Positions 35,868 to 45,794 are shown, counted from the stretch's first letter. The stretch: DNA of 64,000 nucleotides from an uncultured bacterium (GCA_902761035.1 CACWIW010000004.1:3981-67980); one strand, 5' to 3'. Translations and numbers: made by a program. The notes: generated by a model from the letters alone, not told the origin.

Positions 35868-38800
35868 TCACATCGTCAAGCCGAAGTCCAGCCGCACAGT
35901 CTCGCCGCCGAACGTCAGTTCCGCCGCGTCGCCGAGCCACGGGATCTTGACGAACGGGCTCTTCACGCTCCAGTCGATCTTCTTCACGTATGGCTCGCCG
36001 TTGATCGTGCTGCCGTCGTCGGCGTTGAGCAGCATGTGGAAGCGTTGTCCGTAGATGCCGGTGTAGTCGAGCGCGGACGGCGTGAGCGCAAACACGGTCG
36101 CCTTGACCTTGGCGCGGAATGCCGCTTCGTCCTTGAAGTCGCACGCGCGCGCGGTCTCCACGATCACCGGCGTCCATTGGTCGTCGCACACGAGGAACTT
36201 CCCGGCACGCTCGCAGGGGATCTCGGACTTTTGCCCCGCCACCGCAAGGCGCGCGCCGCCCTTCGCCACGCGCACCGCGCTGTACGCGCCGCCGCATTTC
36301 GTGAACCACCAGTCGTCGTCCTTCTCCACATTGTCCACGCCCCCGGCGGCGGAGAACCACACGCGCATGCCGCCCGTGCGCGACGCGTACTTGTTCTTGC
36401 GCGTGAGGAGCGTGCCGCGCGCCTGCATCGACCAGAAGCTGTTGAAGGCCACGGAGGGAATGGTCGCGGTCTTCGTGTGCTTGCCGGTCGCCTCGGGAAT
36501 CGGCAGAAGCTGCGCGTCGTACGGACCGTACACGACGCCGTGGAACCGGTTCTGCGAGCTGATCATGCACCACTTGTCGCACGGCGCCTGCGGGAACATC
36601 TGCGTACCAACGATGAAGTCGGGCGTCGCGTAGGTGTAGCGGTAGATGTGGCCCCATTCGGGGTCGGGAAGGTAGTCAGGATACTTGTTTGTGGGAAGCG
36701 TCCAGCCGAGCGGACGCATCACGATCTCGTAAACGCCGCGTGCCGCCGCGTCGGACGCGATCTTGCCGATGATCGGGTGCGGACGGTACGCGCTGTCGAG
36801 GCAGACGTAGTCCATGCCGTTGGGGATGCGGTCCATAAACGCGTTCAGCCCGAAGTACCAGTACGCCCACACGGCCGCCTCGCTGAACGTGCCCCTGGCG
36901 CCGGTCGTGTAAACGCGCGACATGCCTCCGCCAGACGCACCGTCGATCTGTTCCTCGGCCCAAAGCGCCCAGAAGAGGTCGAGGAAGTTCTTGGCGAGGC
37001 GGCGGGTGGCGGGACGTCCGGAGAAATCGTACAGCGGATAGATGTTCTTGATGGTGTGGATGCCGTAGCCCCGGCTCTGCACCTCGATGAACATGGACCT
37101 CTTCGCCCGCTCGCGCATCCAGGTGCAGAAAAAGTCCTCCCACGCCTCGTAGTGTGCGCGCAACGTGCCGCCGTCGGCAAGTTTCCGCTCGCCGTACGCG
37201 GGATCGGCCTTCAACAGCACGTGCATGAGCTGCCAGAGCGCCGAGGCGCGCTGTACGTGGTGGTTCTCGCTCTCATACACGCGCCACGTCTTTACGCCGT
37301 CGCTGTCCGCGTCGTCAAGTTTCGAAATGTCGTGGCAATAGCCGAACGCCATTTCGCGGAATGCGGACTCTGCCTCGGGCGAGAGACGCCCCGGCGCGAT
37401 GTCGCCATTCGCGCCATAGTGCAGCACGGCGCGACAGAGTTCGCCGATGTTCCAGTAGAACGAGTCGCGGTCGTCGCGTACGTCGGTGTTCTCGATGTAG
37501 AAGCGGCAGTTCTCAACAATCTTCGCGTTCGCGAGCGCATACTTGTCCGCCTCGCCGTTGTGGAACACGCGCAGGGCGAAAGTGATGATGGAATGCGAGT
37601 AGGTGCGCGCGAAGCGAGGGTGTCCGTTGAACACCGGCGGCGCGACGGGACTCTCCCTGTACGGCTCGCCTCGACGACACTCCCACGCCGACGCGAAACG
37701 CTCGGCCCCCCCGTCCGCCGAAGACACCTCCTTATGGCGCGGCGTGGAAACCCACATCTTCCGCAGGGGCGACCGCGCCGAAAGAACCACTTTGTTGCCA
37801 CGAATCACCACGCCCTTCTCGCCAGGCTTGAGCCCCGCGTCTCCCCAAACGCACACTACCGCCGAATCGCTTGCAAGGCGCCTCGACGAGTTGGTGGAGA
37901 TGAACGTGTTGTCTTCCACGCGCGCATCCGACACGTTCGCGAGGCGCACGCCGCAATAGAGCGGGTTCACCACCACATTCCCCGCGAACACGAGTCCGTT
38001 GCAGGAACGCGCCCGGCCGTGGTGCCCAAGCGCGACGAGGTGCGGTCCCAGCCGTTCGCTCGGACCAAACCAGCAGCCGGTCACCGATACATTGCGGTTC
38101 GGGATGGAAATTTCCTTCGCGCATGAAATGGGCGAAGTCTCCGGATTGCCGAGCGCCCCGGGGCTCGTCTGCTCCACCTGGATCGTCTCGCGCGTCAGGC
38201 ACGTGTAAGCCCCCTTGAACACGTACCCCGCAAACAGGCAGTTCGTGACCACCACGTTCTCGCACCCGTCGATCTGTAGCGCATGGTTGTTCGGGATGTC
38301 CTTCACCACCGCGTTCTCGAAGCGGATGTTGCGCCCGCAGGCGAATGCGGCGGGCACGTAGCGCCCCTGGCAGTCGAACACGCCGCCGGACACCGCGACG
38401 TCGCTGAAGCCGTTCGTCGCATCGGTACGCGGCACGAGGTTATAGAGGAAGATCGACCAGTGCCCCTTGCGTTTCGCCGTCGAGCGGATGATGGCCGAGC
38501 GGGCGGGATCCATCGCGCGTGCGGCGACCTCGGGCGTCCAGCCGTCCGTCGCGCGTTCCACGCCCCCCGCCAACTCCAGGCGCACATGCGGACGCAGCGA
38601 AAGGTACAGGATGCGGTACACGCCCGGCGGAACAACCACAGTGCCCCCGCCCGCCGCCGACACGCGGTCGATACACTTCTGGATTGCAAGAGTGGAATCG
38701 GCACGCCCAGTCGGGTCTGCACCAGCCTTAGTCACAACCTCCCGCGCCAAAACCGTCCCGCATGGACTTCCCTGTTCCATACCTATGCTCGAACCTGTCG

Positions 38801-38882
38801 GCAAGGCCATCGCAGCAATCGGGAGTACCGCACTTGTCAAGGCTACTGCAATCGCCAGATGAAATTCTTGAGGCATGGGCAA
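35868..38882 (-). CDS. Large secreted polysaccharide-active protein (N-terminal pectate-lyase-fold beta-helix plus alpha/alpha-toroid-like C-terminal region)
   Basis: 1004 aa. The N-terminus reads ADSTLAIQKCIDRVSAAGGGTVVVPPGVYRI, like the Pectate_lyase_3 family. The helical middle and C-terminal region resemble heparinase II/III-type lyases. This is recall only. Confidence 0.55.
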   Translation of the reverse strand: MPMPQEFHLAIAVALTSAVLPIAAMALPTGSSIGMEQGSPCGTVLAREVVTKAGADPTGRADSTLAIQKCIDRVSAAGGGTVVVPPGVYRILYLSLRPHVRLELAGGVERATDGWTPEVAARAMDPARSAIIRSTAKRKGHWSIFLYNLVPRTDATNGFSDVAVSGGVFDCQGRYVPAAFACGRNIRFENAVVKDIPNNHALQIDGCENVVVTNCLFAGYVFKGAYTCLTRETIQVEQTSPGALGNPETSPISCAKEISIPNRNVSVTGCWFGPSERLGPHLVALGHHGRARSCNGLVFAGNVVVNPLYCGVRLANVSDARVEDNTFISTNSSRRLASDSAVVCVWGDAGLKPGEKGVVIRGNKVVLSARSPLRKMWVSTPRHKEVSSADGGAERFASAWECRRGEPYRESPVAPPVFNGHPRFARTYSHSIITFALRVFHNGEADKYALANAKIVENCRFYIENTDVRDDRDSFYWNIGELCRAVLHYGANGDIAPGRLSPEAESAFREMAFGYCHDISKLDDADSDGVKTWRVYESENHHVQRASALWQLMHVLLKADPAYGERKLADGGTLRAHYEAWEDFFCTWMRERAKRSMFIEVQSRGYGIHTIKNIYPLYDFSGRPATRRLAKNFLDLFWALWAEEQIDGASGGGMSRVYTTGARGTFSEAAVWAYWYFGLNAFMDRIPNGMDYVCLDSAYRPHPIIGKIASDAAARGVYEIVMRPLGWTLPTNKYPDYLPDPEWGHIYRYTYATPDFIVGTQMFPQAPCDKWCMISSQNRFHGVVYGPYDAQLLPIPEATGKHTKTATIPSVAFNSFWSMQARGTLLTRKNKYASRTGGMRVWFSAAGGVDNVEKDDDWWFTKCGGAYSAVRVAKGGARLAVAGQKSEIPCERAGKFLVCDDQWTPVIVETARACDFKDEAAFRAKVKATVFALTPSALDYTGIYGQRFHMLLNADDGSTINGEPYVKKIDWSVKSPFVKIPWLGDAAELTFGGETVRLDFGLTM

Positions 38883-40208
38883 TCAGCTCCAGCGGCGGTC
38901 GTTGGCCCATTCCCTGTCCCACTGTTCCGTAGAGGCCCACGCCTCCGGGAAGTCGGGATGGAGCTTCTCGCGGATGAGGTCCTCGTTCAGCGCCTCGATG
39001 CCGAGGCCGGGCGTATCGGGAACCTTCACGAAGCCGTCCTGGATGTTGAACGCGGGCACCACGAGGTCCTTCCACCACGGCACGTCCACGGAGTGGATCT
39101 CAAGCGACATGAAGTTACGCGTGGCCGCGGCCACGTGGACGGCCGCGAGCGCGGCGATCGGGCTCTCGGCCATGTGGATGTTCATCTGCACGCCGCGCTT
39201 CTCCGCGTAGTCGCCCACGCGCTTCGTCTCGCCGATACCGCCCGCCGTGAGAAGGTCGGGGTGGACCACCGCGAGCGCGCCCGAGTCGAGGAGCGGCTTG
39301 AAGTTGTCGAGGAGGTAAATGTCCTCGCCCGTGCCGAGCGGCGTGACGGTGGCGGCGTGGAGCTGCTTCCACATTTCGGTCTGCTGCCACGGGAGGGCGT
39401 CCTCCATCCACGCGAGGTTGTACTTCTCCAGACGCCGACCGAGGCGGATGCAGTCCTCGAGCGGGATGTGTCCGAGGTGGTCAATGGCGAGCGGGATCTC
39501 GTAGCCGACCGTCTCGCGGCACTCGCGCAGGTAGCCTTCCAGCCAGTCGAGTCCCTTCTCCGTGATGTGGATGCCGGTGAAGTGGTGCTCGGTGTTGAAG
39601 AGGTCGTACGCCTCGCCGCGCATCGCGCGCGGGTCGATGGAGCCGTGCGGCGTGGAGATGACGTGCTTCATCGCGCGCATGTACGCGAGGTAGCCCGTGG
39701 GCGCGGAGAGCGCGCCGGGAACGTCCATCAGGAGCTCGATGCCGAGGTCCATCTTGAGGAAGGTGTAGCCCTGCGCCACGCGCGCCTTGAGCGCCTCGCC
39801 CATGTCGCGGCCACCGCCCTCGGAGTCCGTGTCGCAATACACGCGCACGCGGTCGCGGAACCGGCCGCCCAGGAGCTGCCACACGGGCACGCCCCAGAAC
39901 TTGCCCGCGATGTCCCAGCAGGCGAGCTCGATCGCGCACACGCCGCCGGCCTGGCGCGAGTCGCCGCCGAACTGGCGGATGCGGCGGAACACCTTCTCCA
40001 CGTTGAGCGGGTTCTCGCCGAGGATGCGGCTCTTGAGCATGGCGGCGTACGTGCGCGAGCTCGCGTCGCGTACCTCGCCGTAGCCGACAAGGCCCTCCTG
40101 GTTCGTGTAGAGCTTGACGAGCGTGCAGCGCTTCGGCGCGCCGTCGATGTCCGCAAAGCGGATGTCGGTGATCTTGAGGTCTGCTGGGGTGATCTTGCTG
40201 TTGTTCAT
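38883..40208 (-). CDS. Enolase-superfamily (mandelate racemase/muconate lactonizing) sugar-acid dehydratase
   Basis: LVGYGEV...AIELACWDIAGKFWGVPVWQLLGG, with metal-ligand regions further downstream. 441 aa. Confidence 0.8.
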   Translation of the reverse strand: MNNSKITPADLKITDIRFADIDGAPKRCTLVKLYTNQEGLVGYGEVRDASSRTYAAMLKSRILGENPLNVEKVFRRIRQFGGDSRQAGGVCAIELACWDIAGKFWGVPVWQLLGGRFRDRVRVYCDTDSEGGGRDMGEALKARVAQGYTFLKMDLGIELLMDVPGALSAPTGYLAYMRAMKHVISTPHGSIDPRAMRGEAYDLFNTEHHFTGIHITEKGLDWLEGYLRECRETVGYEIPLAIDHLGHIPLEDCIRLGRRLEKYNLAWMEDALPWQQTEMWKQLHAATVTPLGTGEDIYLLDNFKPLLDSGALAVVHPDLLTAGGIGETKRVGDYAEKRGVQMNIHMAESPIAALAAVHVAAATRNFMSLEIHSVDVPWWKDLVVPAFNIQDGFVKVPDTPGLGIEALNEDLIREKLHPDFPEAWASTEQWDREWANDRRWS

Positions 40209-40284
40209 GGCGCAGTTATTTTACCACAATCTCGCGGCACTGGCTAGGGCTGGATGCCACCACAAAAAAATAAATCTCAAGGGC

Positions 40285-40313
40285 TTGCATAACGCCGTCC
40301 GTTATTCTATAAT
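40285..40313 (+). promoter_or_regulatory. Sigma70-like promoter TTGCAT-17-TATAAT directly abutting the mreB ATG
   Basis: TTGCAT at 40285-40290, a 17-nt spacer, TATAAT at 40308-40313, then ATAGGC and the ATG at 40320. Confidence 0.45.
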
Positions 40314-40319
40314 ATAGGC

Positions 40320-41351
40320 ATGTTTTCCAAATTCAAAGGATTCTTCTCTACCGATATCGGTATCGATCTCGGCACGGCAAACTCGCTCGTGCACGTGAAG
40401 GACCGCGGCATCGTGTTGCGCGAGCCCTCCGTGGTGGCGATTGAGGAAGGCTCTAAGCGCGTGCTGGCCGTCGGCGACGAGGCCAAGCGCATGCTTGGCC
40501 GCACGCCGGGGAACATCATGGCAATCCGTCCGATGAAGAGCGGCGTAATCGCCGACTTCGACATCACGGAGGCCATGTTGCGTTATTTCATCAACAAGGT
40601 CTGCCCGAAGCGCTTCTGGAGCAAGTACTTCAAGCCGCGCGTCGTGATCGCCGTCCCTGGCGGCATCACTGAAGTCGAAAAGCGCGCGGTCGAGGACGCG
40701 GCGCACGCCGCTGGCGTAGGGGAGGTCTTTCTGGTCGAGGAGCCGATGGCGGCGGCGATCGGGGTGGGGCTGCCAGTGTCGGAACCGGCCGGCAGCATGA
40801 TTGTAGACATCGGCGGCGGCACTTGCGAGGTGGCCATCATCTCGCTGGCCGGTATCGTGCACCAGCGCAGCGTCCACCAGGCGGGTGACGCAATGGACGC
40901 CTGCATCGTGAGCCACATGAGACGCGTTTACAATCTGCTGATTGGCGAACGCACTGCCGAATCTATTAAGATGACTATCGGGTCGGCATTCCCCACTGGT
41001 CAGGAACAGACCATGGAAGTGCGCGGCCGAGACATTGTGGCGGGACTGCCGAAGACTATGACCATCACTTCGGAGGAAATCCGCGACGCCCTTACCGAAC
41101 CGGTGTCGCGCATCGTTGAGGCGGTGCGCGACACGCTGGGGAACTGCGAACCAGAACTGGCCGCCGACCTTGTCGACCGTGGCATCGTCCTCTCAGGCGG
41201 AAGTTCGCTCCTGCGCGGCCTCGACAGGCTGATTTCCCAGGAGACGGGGTTGCCGGTGACATTGGCAGACGATCCCCTTTCTGCTGTGGCCGAAGGTACT
41301 GGCGTCGTGATGAACGAACTTGATTTCCTTTCGAAGAACAAGCGCACCTAG
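40320..41351 (+). CDS. mreB: Rod shape-determining protein MreB
   Basis: DIGIDLGTANSLV, actin-fold phosphate motifs (DIGGGT), 343 aa. It is followed by mreC, mreD, mrdA and rodA. Confidence 0.95.
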   Translation: MFSKFKGFFSTDIGIDLGTANSLVHVKDRGIVLREPSVVAIEEGSKRVLAVGDEAKRMLGRTPGNIMAIRPMKSGVIADFDITEAMLRYFINKVCPKRFWSKYFKPRVVIAVPGGITEVEKRAVEDAAHAAGVGEVFLVEEPMAAAIGVGLPVSEPAGSMIVDIGGGTCEVAIISLAGIVHQRSVHQAGDAMDACIVSHMRRVYNLLIGERTAESIKMTIGSAFPTGQEQTMEVRGRDIVAGLPKTMTITSEEIRDALTEPVSRIVEAVRDTLGNCEPELAADLVDRGIVLSGGSSLLRGLDRLISQETGLPVTLADDPLSAVAEGTGVVMNELDFLSKNKRT

Positions 41352-41383
41352 TCTGAGGCAGTCCTTCCAGACGAGGAAGGATT

Positions 41384-42229
41384 TTGACGAAGAAAATCAG
41401 CATATTAACTTTCTGCGGCGCGGTGCTCGCGCTGGTCTTGTGGTTTTTCTGCGGTTCATACGTGGCGGCAGAGGCCGTGTATCCCATTGAGAACGGCGCA
41501 AACTGGTTCTCGCGCCGTGTGGCGCGTCCAGTCAAGGCAATGTTCTCCTCCGGCTCCGCGCTTCTGGAGAACGACAGGCTCCGTTCCGAGGTGGCGAACC
41601 TTCGCATGGCCTGCGCCGAAGCCGACCGCACTGCGGCGGAGAACGCGCGGCTCAGGGGACTGCTGGGGCTTGACGCGCCCGATGCGTCCACGCGCTTCGG
41701 CACGAACGCATGGATCTGCGCTCCGATCATCTCTCGCGGCGCGGCTTCCGGCAACCCATGTGTCCTGCGCCTTGGGCGCGGGCTGCGCGCGGGCGTGCGG
41801 CCCGGCGCGGTCGTCGCCGTGCCGGAAGGCCTGGTGGGGCGCATCGGCAACGTCACGCCAAGCACAAGCGAGCTCAGGCTCATGACTGACCCCTCCATGC
41901 GCATCGCCTGCGACGTCGAACTCGACGACGGCTTCGCGCACGGCATACTTTCCGGTCGCGGACTCAGTCCAGTGGCCGCAACGGAGACTTCCCTTCTATA
42001 CGTCGTCCCACCTCTTCGCCTCCAAAGCGTCGCGCGGCAGTACGAACTGTCGCCACGTGCGAAAATCATTACCAGCGGCCTAGGGGGCGTGTTCCCCCGA
42101 GGGTTGCTTGTCGGCTTCCTCATTGACGGAGCGCACGAGGGCGAGGAGAACCTTGAACAGGAGGGCGACGTTGAGCCGGCCGTCGACTTCCTAGCCCTTG
42201 AAAACGTGTTCATCCGCCGTGCATACTAG
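41384..42229 (+). CDS. mreC: Rod shape-determining protein MreC
   Basis: N-terminal TM helix, a coiled-coil segment (ENDRLRSEVANLR) and position after mreB. TTG start. Confidence 0.8.
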   Translation: MTKKISILTFCGAVLALVLWFFCGSYVAAEAVYPIENGANWFSRRVARPVKAMFSSGSALLENDRLRSEVANLRMACAEADRTAAENARLRGLLGLDAPDASTRFGTNAWICAPIISRGAASGNPCVLRLGRGLRAGVRPGAVVAVPEGLVGRIGNVTPSTSELRLMTDPSMRIACDVELDDGFAHGILSGRGLSPVAATETSLLYVVPPLRLQSVARQYELSPRAKIITSGLGGVFPRGLLVGFLIDGAHEGEENLEQEGDVEPAVDFLALENVFIRRAY

Positions 42230-42725
42230 AGCAGTCCAGATTCTCTTCACGCTGATCTGCCTCGTCCTAGCCGCGGCGGCGCAGGAACTTGTGCCATCGT
42301 TCGGCGGCACCAAGGCGCCCGTGCTTCTTCTCTTCGCCCTTTACACGGCGTTCCGCCCGGCGCGGCGCTGGATGTTCGTGGCCCTGGTTGCGGGCGCGCT
42401 GGAGGACGCCCTGAACGCAAGCCCTGTCCCGTGCTGCACGTTTTTCGCTTTGCTCGCCGCCACTGGCGCGCACTTCCTGCGCCCGTTCGCGAACGATTTG
42501 TCGCCAGTCTGGACGGGCGTCTGCGCCGCGATGGTGGCCGCGCCAATCCACGAGTTGTGGATATCGACCTGGGGAGTGCTGCCGCCGGGGTGCTCTGTCA
42601 TCGTGCGCTTCTTCGCGAGCGCCCTGCCCGCCGCCGCAGCCGGGGCGCTGATCTTCGCCGTGTTGCCGTCGGCCGAGCGCAAGGCGGGGTATGAAGGTCC
42701 CATCCCGGAAAGGAGGCCGCGATGA
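42198..42725 (+). CDS. mreD: Rod shape-determining protein MreD (start uncertain)
   Basis: A small polytopic membrane ORF between mreC and mrdA. 4-nt overlap with mrdA. Confidence 0.6.
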   Translation: MKTCSSAVHTRAVQILFTLICLVLAAAAQELVPSFGGTKAPVLLLFALYTAFRPARRWMFVALVAGALEDALNASPVPCCTFFALLAATGAHFLRPFANDLSPVWTGVCAAMVAAPIHELWISTWGVLPPGCSVIVRFFASALPAAAAGALIFAVLPSAERKAGYEGPIPERRPR

Positions 42726-44602
42726 AGGTCTCCACGTGGTTCATCCTCTCGCTCGGCGCGGTCTACCTGCTCGGCTTCCTCGTGCTGTGCAGCGCGCTCT
42801 TCCGCCTGCAGTACGAGGACACGAGCGAATTCAAGGCCGATCTCGCCCTGCAGAACACGCGGCGCATCCGCGTGCCCGGACTGCGCGGGCGCATCCTCGA
42901 CCGCAACGGCGCCATCCTCGCGGAGTGCCGGCCCAGCCACTGCATTCAGTGCAACGTCGAGGAGTTCCAGCGTCGCGGCAGCGCCACCAACACCGTAGCG
43001 GCCGTGGAGGAGGCCGTGGACCGCCTTGCGAGCGAACTCAAGCTCGCGCGCCCCGCCAGCCTGACCCATGCCCGGATCGAGCGCCACGTGAAGCTGTCGT
43101 CCGCCATGCCGCTCATGCTGTGGGAGGACGTCTCGGACGAGACGTTCGCAAGGTTCGCAGAGCATTCCGACGAGTATCCGGGGTTCGACGTGTCCACACG
43201 GCCAGAGCGCATCTACCCTTGCGGACGCCTTGCCGCGCACATTCTCGGCTACACGGGCAGGAGCCGTCCCGACGACGCCGACAGCGCGCATTTCTTCGAG
43301 CACGACATGCGGGGACGCGAAGGCGTGGAGCGGTACTACAACAGGTTCCTCACGGGCGTCGCGGGCGAACGCCGGGTGCGAGTGGACGCGCGCGGGTTCC
43401 GTCCCACGAAGCAGCGCGAGGCGATGATGGAGGACGACATGGACGCGGACGTCGCGCCGTCCGCCGGACTCGACCTGCAGCTGACGATCGACAAGGACGT
43501 GCAGGCAGTCCTGGAGGCGCAGCTCGACGGACTGACGGGCGCGGGCGTGGTGCTCGACCCGCGCGACGGAGCCATCATCGCGATGGCGTCCGCGCCGACC
43601 TTCGACCCCAACGACTGCGTGCCGCGCCTCACGCGGGAAGTCTACGCCACGCTCACGAACGCACCGGCGAAACGACTACAGAACCGCGCCATCTCGGAAT
43701 CATACGCGCCGGGATCCACGTTCAAGCCCATCACGGCGCTCGCGGCGCTCGCGAACGGCTGGCTGCCCGACGACGAGTACTCATGTCAGGGCGTGTACAC
43801 GCTGGGTAACCTGCGTCTCCACTGTTGGGACCGCTGGGGACACGGTCCCATCACTCTCCGCACGGCCATCGAGAAGAGCTGCAACACCTTCTTCTGCAAC
43901 ATCGGCACGGCGATTGGCACGAACGCCGTAATCTCGGCCGCGCGCGCGTTCGGGCTCGGCTCCGTAACGGGCGTCGACCTGGGCGGGGAAACGCCGGGCG
44001 TCGTGCCGGACAACGAGTGGAAGTTCACGAACTTCAACGAGCGCTGGTACCCTGGCGACACGTGCCAGATGTCGATTGGACAGGGCATGCTGCTCGTAAC
44101 GCCCCTCCAGATGGCCGTCGTGGCCGCCGCACTCGCGAATGGCGGGAAGATATTCACGCCTTACCTATTCGCGCGCACGGAGGGCCAGCCGCCGCCAAAG
44201 CCCGTCCGGTCCGTCCCGTTCGCCAGCGAATACATCACGCTGGTGCGCGACGGCATGCGCGACGTGGCCGAACAGGGCACAGGGCGCCGCATCCGCACTC
44301 GCTGGGAGGAGGCCGAGACGGGTTCTTTCAAGAAGCGCAGGTTCAACCTGAACGTGACCTGCGCGGGCAAGACGGGCACGGCGGAACTCGGCCGCGGCAG
44401 CACCAAGCGCAAAAACACATGGGTGATCGCCTTCGCGCCGTTCGAGAAACCGACTGTCGCGATGGCGATGATCGTCGAGCGCGGCGAGTCAGGCGGCAGT
44501 ACCGTGGCCCCGCGCGTCCACGCGGTGTTGGCCCACATGTTCGGGGAAACGGAAGTCGCCGCCGCGCGTCCGCATGGCGGCATGCTGGAAAGGGGCGACT
44601 GA
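42722..44602 (+). CDS. mrdA: Penicillin-binding protein 2 (elongasome transpeptidase)
   Basis: SxxK (GSTFKP), SxN (KSCN) and KTG (GKTGTA) motifs, plus an N-terminal TM anchor. Confidence 0.9.
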   Translation: MKVSTWFILSLGAVYLLGFLVLCSALFRLQYEDTSEFKADLALQNTRRIRVPGLRGRILDRNGAILAECRPSHCIQCNVEEFQRRGSATNTVAAVEEAVDRLASELKLARPASLTHARIERHVKLSSAMPLMLWEDVSDETFARFAEHSDEYPGFDVSTRPERIYPCGRLAAHILGYTGRSRPDDADSAHFFEHDMRGREGVERYYNRFLTGVAGERRVRVDARGFRPTKQREAMMEDDMDADVAPSAGLDLQLTIDKDVQAVLEAQLDGLTGAGVVLDPRDGAIIAMASAPTFDPNDCVPRLTREVYATLTNAPAKRLQNRAISESYAPGSTFKPITALAALANGWLPDDEYSCQGVYTLGNLRLHCWDRWGHGPITLRTAIEKSCNTFFCNIGTAIGTNAVISAARAFGLGSVTGVDLGGETPGVVPDNEWKFTNFNERWYPGDTCQMSIGQGMLLVTPLQMAVVAAALANGGKIFTPYLFARTEGQPPPKPVRSVPFASEYITLVRDGMRDVAEQGTGRRIRTRWEEAETGSFKKRRFNLNVTCAGKTGTAELGRGSTKRKNTWVIAFAPFEKPTVAMAMIVERGESGGSTVAPRVHAVLAHMFGETEVAAARPHGGMLERGD

Positions 44603-44606
44603 CGGG

Positions 44607-45794
44607 ATGAAGGAATTTCTCTCCAAACTCCGGCGCATGGACTGGATCCTCTCCGCCTGCATGATGGCACTCATCGTGATGGGCGTGGTGTTCATCAACT
44701 CCGCAGGATCGGTCCGCCCCACCGACGCGCTGCGCAGCCTCTGGCGCGTACACGCCTCCACGGCCCTCTTCGGCCTTGCCGTGTACATGGCCTTCGCGGT
44801 CCTCGACTACCGGAAGCTGCTGGACTTGGGCGCCCTTCCCGTGTTCGCCCTCTCCTGCGCAATGCTCGTCCTCGTGCTCGTCGTAGGCACCGACCGCTTC
44901 GGGGGACGTCGCTGGCTGTGGTTCTTCCAGCCCAGCGAGATCGCGAAGCTCGCGGTGATCCTCTTCGCCGCGCACGTGTTCGCCGCGCCGGGCCGCAACG
45001 ATTTCCGCTCTTTCCTCGCAGGCGCGGCCATACTGGGCGGCCCGGCCGTGCTCGTGCTGGCCGAACCGGACCTAGGTACCGCGCTCGTGCTGGTGCCGTC
45101 CGTCCTCGCAATCCTCCTCGCCGCGCGCGTGTGGCTCAAGGGACTCGTCACGCTGCTCGCCGTGGGACTGCTCGCCGCCGGTCTCGTGCTGTGGGCCGTG
45201 GACCGCGCGGAGCGCGAGCCCGATCCCGACGCCCGCGCGAAGATATACCGCTTCGTGCCGCTCCGCGAACACCAGATCAAGCGCCTGCGCGTGTTCCTGT
45301 TCCCGGAGTCCGACCGTACGGGAGACGGCTACACCCTGCGGCAGGCGCAGATCGCCGTCGGTTCCGGAGGCATCTGGGGCAAGGGTCTGAAGAAGGGATC
45401 GCAGAAGCTCCTCGGATACCTGCCTTCCACGGTCTCGATGAACGACTTCATCTTCGCCGTCCTCGCAGAGGAGTCCGGCTTCATGGGAGTGCTGCTCATG
45501 CTGGCGCTCTTCATGGGCATCCTCGGGCCGGGGCTGCGCATCGCGATACGGTGTCCGGACGACCGCGGCCGCCTCGTGGTGATCGGCATCCTCACGCTGA
45601 TCTTCTGCCACCTGTACGTGAACGTGGCGATGTCCCTGGGGCTCGTGCCGATCACCGGCCTGCCGCTGCCCTTCATCAGCGCCGGACGCACGTTCCTCAT
45701 CGTCCTCATGGCCGCTCTCGGCATCGTGCAGAGCGTGGCTATCCACCACGCGGAGCTGCCCGACGACGACCGGGACGTGGAGCAACCAACTTGA
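44607..45794 (+). CDS. rodA: Peptidoglycan glycosyltransferase RodA (SEDS family)
   Basis: A polytopic FtsW/RodA/SpoVE-type sequence directly after mrdA. I prefer the ATG at 44607 (MKEFLSKLRRMDW), after the mrdA stop, over 44574. Confidence 0.85.
   Translation: MKEFLSKLRRMDWILSACMMALIVMGVVFINSAGSVRPTDALRSLWRVHASTALFGLAVYMAFAVLDYRKLLDLGALPVFALSCAMLVLVLVVGTDRFGGRRWLWFFQPSEIAKLAVILFAAHVFAAPGRNDFRSFLAGAAILGGPAVLVLAEPDLGTALVLVPSVLAILLAARVWLKGLVTLLAVGLLAAGLVLWAVDRAEREPDPDARAKIYRFVPLREHQIKRLRVFLFPESDRTGDGYTLRQAQIAVGSGGIWGKGLKKGSQKLLGYLPSTVSMNDFIFAVLAEESGFMGVLLMLALFMGILGPGLRIAIRCPDDRGRLVVIGILTLIFCHLYVNVAMSLGLVPITGLPLPFISAGRTFLIVLMAALGIVQSVAIHHAELPDDDRDVEQPT

Noticed and set aside
34288-36657. N-terminally over-extended ORF-track models: 34288-36657, 44918-47482, 56058-57392, 57176-58141, 60179-61093, 30966-32366, 28212-29342, 27809-28447 and 44574-45794.
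   Set aside because: - The upstream extensions overlap the preceding gene or read as Arg-rich nonsense.
- Internal ATGs give proper signal peptides or conserved N-termini.
- Those ATGs sit next to SD or promoter-like sequences, so the shorter coordinates are used.
41362-41385. Hairpin TCCTTC...GAAGGA followed by TTTT between mreB and mreC, considered as a terminator.
   Set aside because: - The stem is only 6 bp.
- The purine run AGGAAGGA is better explained as the mreC ribosome-binding site just upstream of its TTG start.
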